64,000 nt of DNA. Source: an uncultured virus (IMG/VR IMGVR_UViG_3300047552_001239) (lineage: Duplodnaviria; Heunggongvirae; Uroviricota; Caudoviricetes). This document shows, in pieces, positions 59,974 to 64,000 of the stretch. Under the pieces are notes generated by a model, which did no database searches, was not told the origin of the DNA, and was given only the letters and a program-made list of their open reading frames with translations. The first letter of the stretch is position 1; each line of letters begins with the position of its first letter. The stretch lies in the IMG/VR virus record IMGVR_UViG_3300047552_001239; one strand, given 5' to 3'. Both the position numbers and the translations under genes were made by a program.

Positions 59974-61647
59974 TTAAGTTGTAGCTAAATAGCTAATAAC
60001 TATAACATCACTTGATTCATTAGCAGATGTAAAGACTATATCTCCATTGCTAATAGTATAATCATTTAATGTACCAAACCGTTGCAATACACCATTTACA
60101 AATACAGATTCTGTTCCGGAAACCAAGGTATATGCAATAGTATATATTATATGATTGGTTGTTGATGGTACTTCATTTCGAACATCTCGATAGGCGGTAG
60201 TTTGATTTAATTCATTACCACGATAAATCCAACCATTATTTAAATTTGATCCTAAACTCCCAGTAATAGAAATTATACCATCTGCCCAAGTTAATCCAGT
60301 ACCAGCAATAGATGAATCAATCGTTAATTTACCATCATTAAATGTTAGTGCACTATTAATATCTAATTCAATATTTAATATACCATCAGTATATAATATA
60401 CCATCACCAGCTATTGAACTGTCTAAAGATAACCCAGCTTCAGTAATAGACATTCCAGATCCAGCAGGAATTAATAGCTGTAATGCATCATTAACAATAG
60501 TTAAACCTGCTGCACTAGAAAGATTAACATCTATCACACCAGTAGTCGTATTCCATACTAAACCATTTCCAGCTATATCTGTATCTATACGAAGTTTACC
60601 TGTTTCATATGCAAATTTAAGACCGCTTAAATCATCTAATGAAACATAAAGCATCCCATCGAGATATTTTAATCCTGATTTTGCAATATTAGGATTTAAT
60701 GTCAATCCATTTTCATCAATTGTCAATCCATTATCAGTAGGGATTAATAGCTGCAAAGCATCATTGACAATAGTTAATCCAATTGTACTAGAAAAATTAA
60801 CATCTATAGCTCCAGTTGTTTCATTCCATACTAAACCATCACCAGCTATATTTGTATTAATATAAAGTCCATCTACATCTGAAGTTAATCCACCTAAATT
60901 TTTAAATTTAATAGTGAGTGCATCAGATGAAATATCTAAACCACCAGTTGAGGCTACAACCACATCTAATTGATTACCAGTTTTAATTAATGCAGAACCA
61001 GCATTAATTTGACCTGCACCAGAAAATTGTACCCAATTAATAGGTGTAAAACCAACAGTAATTGGATCATTACTAACAACGATCCAGCCAGAATCAGAAT
61101 TAATATCTCCTTCTTGAACAAAAGTGAATATTCCACCTTTCATTTCATTGGCTGGAGAACCATCTGCATCTAAGCAACGGGTTAAAATAAATGGATTATC
61201 AATATCACCAGTTGAGGTTACATAATATAAACCATTTTGTAGTGTAGCTGATTGGTTTTTAACTAAAATCCTATCATTTATATTTACTATAATATTATCT
61301 ACTATTAACGCACAATTAGTCGAACTAGTAAGTATATTATTTAAATATGTTACATCTAAATTAGTGGTGGTGGCTACACGAGCGGAATCTTTAACTATTA
61401 AACCTTGTGCAGTGCTATCTACATACATTTTAGTAGCAGCATCAGTATCTATAGTCGGTTCTGCTAAATTAGTAATTTTATTATTACCCAAATTGAAATT
61501 ATTAGTAGCAGATATAGTACCATCTGCCATAAAAATATTTCCAGCATCTTCTAATTTACTTGTAGCTATTGCCGCATCAAGTGCGATTTGTCCATTTTCG
61601 ATTGTATTGGCAATAATTTGTGTATTACCACGAATTTTCATTCCCAT
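59974..61647 (-). CDS. Tail fibre-like protein with internal repeats
   Basis: NKITNLAEP...DAATKMYVD, DRILVKNQ...NGLY and WVQFSGAG, followed by repeated IAG.GL units. Confidence 0.75.
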   Translation of the reverse strand: MGMKIRGNTQIIANTIENGQIALDAAIATSKLEDAGNIFMADGTISATNNFNLGNNKITNLAEPTIDTDAATKMYVDSTAQGLIVKDSARVATTTNLDVTYLNNILTSSTNCALIVDNIIVNINDRILVKNQSATLQNGLYYVTSTGDIDNPFILTRCLDADGSPANEMKGGIFTFVQEGDINSDSGWIVVSNDPITVGFTPINWVQFSGAGQINAGSALIKTGNQLDVVVASTGGLDISSDALTIKFKNLGGLTSDVDGLYINTNIAGDGLVWNETTGAIDVNFSSTIGLTIVNDALQLLIPTDNGLTIDENGLTLNPNIAKSGLKYLDGMLYVSLDDLSGLKFAYETGKLRIDTDIAGNGLVWNTTTGVIDVNLSSAAGLTIVNDALQLLIPAGSGMSITEAGLSLDSSIAGDGILYTDGILNIELDINSALTFNDGKLTIDSSIAGTGLTWADGIISITGSLGSNLNNGWIYRGNELNQTTAYRDVRNEVPSTTNHIIYTIAYTLVSGTESVFVNGVLQRFGTLNDYTISNGDIVFTSANESSDVIVISYLATT

Positions 61648-61672
61648 TCTTTTTTATAATACCTCAAATCTT

Positions 61673-62284
61673 TTATAATAAAAATTTTATTATTTTAATT
61701 CGATCATCAATATAAAGATCAGATATACCTATTATACTTATTTCATTCTCTATTGTTAAAGTATAATCATCATCGTATTGTTCTAATCCATTAACCAATA
61801 CAATTAATAAATTTTTAGTACTTATAAATTTAGATAATTGAAATTCATTATTTCCATTTTCTTGTACAATAAATTCATCTATATCTATCGATCCCAAAAT
61901 AGAATGATTGTTTTTTAATATATTAATTTCTTGAGCTAAAATATCTACTACATTTTTTATAGTAGTCGGAGGTATAGTTAGTTGAGAAGTAACTATACCT
62001 TCATAACCGACTAAATTAGAACCTTTATCTAATAAATTAGATCCAAGATTATTTATAAAATTACTTAATTCTGAAAAATCCGAAAATATACGTATAACAT
62101 AATTACCAGATACATCTAATATTGAATATTTAAAATTTTTTTCTGTTATATTATACCAGATTCGACCAGCACTTTCTATTATTACTGGATCGGTTTCCAA
62201 ATTTTCAATTTGACAATTACGTATATAAGATCCTTCAACTAATTCTATACCATTAAATAGGATATATTGATTTACATCTGGCAT
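61673..62284 (-). CDS. Tail fibre-associated protein
   Basis: DP...AGRIWYN motif; the C-terminal VLVNGLEQ..DYT domain is shared with the adjacent fibre. Confidence 0.6.
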   Translation of the reverse strand: MPDVNQYILFNGIELVEGSYIRNCQIENLETDPVIIESAGRIWYNITEKNFKYSILDVSGNYVIRIFSDFSELSNFINNLGSNLLDKGSNLVGYEGIVTSQLTIPPTTIKNVVDILAQEINILKNNHSILGSIDIDEFIVQENGNNEFQLSKFISTKNLLIVLVNGLEQYDDDYTLTIENEISIIGISDLYIDDRIKIIKFLL

Positions 62285-62296
62285 TTTAACCCCTAA

Positions 62297-63064
62297 TTAG
62301 AAAAATTGAATATCAACATATCCACTAGTGGGTTTCGAAAATATTATCCGAATATTATTATTATCTAAAATTTCAAAAGGACTAATAATTTGTCTATTAG
62401 TTTCAAATTCAAATATAGTTAATGAAATTTTATCTGTATTAAATCCATGAGATATTACCCATGTATCATTACTTTCTAAAAATTCATATCTACAAACATG
62501 TGGAATTCTTAATGAAGAAGAGACGCTAGATGAAATACCACATATTAAAGCTGGAGTTATACTATTTAATAATTCAGTTGTAATATTTGTTAATATATTT
62601 TGTGTAATATTCAATACTACATCTTGATGTAATATTTGAATAGTTGCGGTATTAATAATTTCTGTAGATAATTTAGATATAGCTTCGGATACATATTTTT
62701 TTAATGATTTTGCATTAACTACTATTCGTTCTTGATTAGCTGGTAAATCATTCAATTCGATATCAGGAAAATAGTTTGCAGATGTGAATGTATTTGATTG
62801 TTCTAATCCTGCTTTTTTAGATAATGCATCATTAACGGCTTTTGAACTAGGAATTTTATCAATTAATCCATCTTGAATCTCTTGGATTATATAATTTAAA
62901 ACATTATTTTGAAATTTTATTATTTCAATTATATCGACTCCACCTTTATTTAAATCGGATGGACCAATAAATAAAGTACCTGAAGAATAAGAATATCCTA
63001 ATTCTCCAGGTGCTAATGGAGCAACAGTAGGGTTATCTAGCTCATATTTTACTTTAACAGTCAT
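62297..63064 (-). CDS. Tail fibre-associated protein
   Basis: LAPGELGY...LFIG, IPSSKAV and C-terminal WVISHGFNT...DNNNIRIIFS motifs common in fibre proteins. Confidence 0.6.
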   Translation of the reverse strand: MTVKVKYELDNPTVAPLAPGELGYSYSSGTLFIGPSDLNKGGVDIIEIIKFQNNVLNYIIQEIQDGLIDKIPSSKAVNDALSKKAGLEQSNTFTSANYFPDIELNDLPANQERIVVNAKSLKKYVSEAISKLSTEIINTATIQILHQDVVLNITQNILTNITTELLNSITPALICGISSSVSSSLRIPHVCRYEFLESNDTWVISHGFNTDKISLTIFEFETNRQIISPFEILDNNNIRIIFSKPTSGYVDIQFF

Positions 63065-64000
63065 TATAATTCATAATGGGCGAAATAATATTTATTATTT
63101 CCTAACATTTCTACCCGAATAGTCACATATGGATCTGCAACATAATTATTTACTACAAGTAAAACTCCTCTACTAGAATAACTTTCAACTCGAGTTAATC
63201 TATGAGAATCAGAACCCCATGTTTTTGCAAAATATCCACCATCTTTAATCGGGACTTCTGTCCAAGTATTTGGGACAGCATAATTATCGGTCGAATTAAC
63301 CACTGACATTGTAAACTCATTGGCAGAATCTAATGATGCTGGTGTATTAACTCCGCAAAAATCTCTTTCAAAATTAACTTTATCGGTTACAAGATCAAAT
63401 TGTAAATCTATGGGATGATTCTGACTTACAACCCAAGCTGGAAGATAATGAGAAGAACCTTTAACTTTAACTTTTAGTTGATATTTTTTATCTGCAACTT
63501 TTCGTATATAAATATTTGATATTTGATATTTTGCATAAGTGGGATTCAATCCACTTTCAATTACCGATATTCTTATACCGGTAATTGGATCATATGCCGG
63601 ATTTACTCCAGTAGCTCCAAAAAATTTACCAATCTCTGTAGTTACTCCCATCAATGGCTCTGGGAATTCATAAAAAAAAGACGCCGGATTAGGTCCATGT
63701 GGATCAAATGCAACAACAAATTCTCTTTTAAATGATTTAATTACAGTAGGAGGTGGACCTGCCGGACCTGCTCTGCCAACTGGACCTTGAGGACCTGCTG
63801 GACCAGGTGCGCCATTAGCTCCATTAATACCTTTAGGACCTTGTGCACCGGGTGGACCAGGTAAACCAGGTAATCCCTGAGGACCTTTAGCTCCAGTTTC
63901 ACCTTTTAGTCCTTGTTCTCCTTTATCACCTTTAGCTCCAGGTAAACCCTGTATACCTTGAGCGCCTTGTGGACCAATTGGACCACGAGGACCTTGAGCG
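63064..64000 (-). CDS. Collagen-like fibre protein, 5'-truncated by the window edge
   Basis: Continuous Gly-X-Y repeats at about 63755-64000 are in frame with the listed 63064-63654 ORF (…[10 protein letters not shown]…PEPLMGV). Confidence 0.85.
   Translation of the reverse strand, partial: AQGPRGPIGPQGAQGIQGLPGAKGDKGEQGLKGETGAKGPQGLPGLPGPPGAQGPKGINGANGAPGPAGPQGPVGRAGPAGPPPTVIKSFKREFVVAFDPHGPNPASFFYEFPEPLMGVTTEIGKFFGATGVNPAYDPITGIRISVIESGLNPTYAKYQISNIYIRKVADKKYQLKVKVKGSSHYLPAWVVSQNHPIDLQFDLVTDKVNFERDFCGVNTPASLDSANEFTMSVVNSTDNYAVPNTWTEVPIKDGGYFAKTWGSDSHRLTRVESYSSRGVLLVVNNYVADPYVTIRVEMLGNNKYYFAHYEL

Noticed and set aside
1..64000. CRISPR array, tRNA or rRNA genes
   Set aside because: I saw no regularly spaced repeat-spacer units or cloverleaf sequences, and the intergenic gaps are short and explained by terminators or introns. 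A dedicated scan was not run.
54777..64000. Diversity-generating retroelement or invertible tail fibre cassette
   Set aside because: No reverse transcriptase, invertase or adenine-specific template/variable repeat pair is visible; the paralogs are old, diverged duplicates.

Overview
This very AT-rich window is the virion morphogenesis region of a large, jumbo-type tailed dsDNA phage with a distantly T4-like head module. It is read almost entirely on the minus strand in the standard genetic code. Recognisable genes include the major capsid protein, prohead protease, portal, large terminase, a 2187-aa tape-measure-like protein with lysozyme and M15 peptidase domains, baseplate and tail proteins, a collagen-like fibre, a DnaB-like helicase, a RecA/UvsX-like recombinase, a Cas4-like nuclease, a GH108 endolysin, a thermonuclease and a plus-strand MoxR/VWA island. 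The ORF track fragments three essential head genes because they carry four group I introns (one in the protease, two in the portal, one in the terminase). I placed the splice sites by hand and each restores an open frame. The terminase also carries an Ala-starting class 3 intein in its Walker A motif, and one portal intron holds a 125-bp MITE-like insertion. The most novel-looking signal is a dispersed family of about ten small, otherwise unrelated proteins sharing the N-terminal leader M-I-L-x-[ED]-[IV]-x-N-L-I-x-E. This resembles a capsid-targeting, protease-cleaved propeptide attached to basic or glycine-zipper membrane-like cargoes. A candidate phage promoter, ATATAGATATTA, also recurs. 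All calls come from visual motif recognition; no database searches were run.
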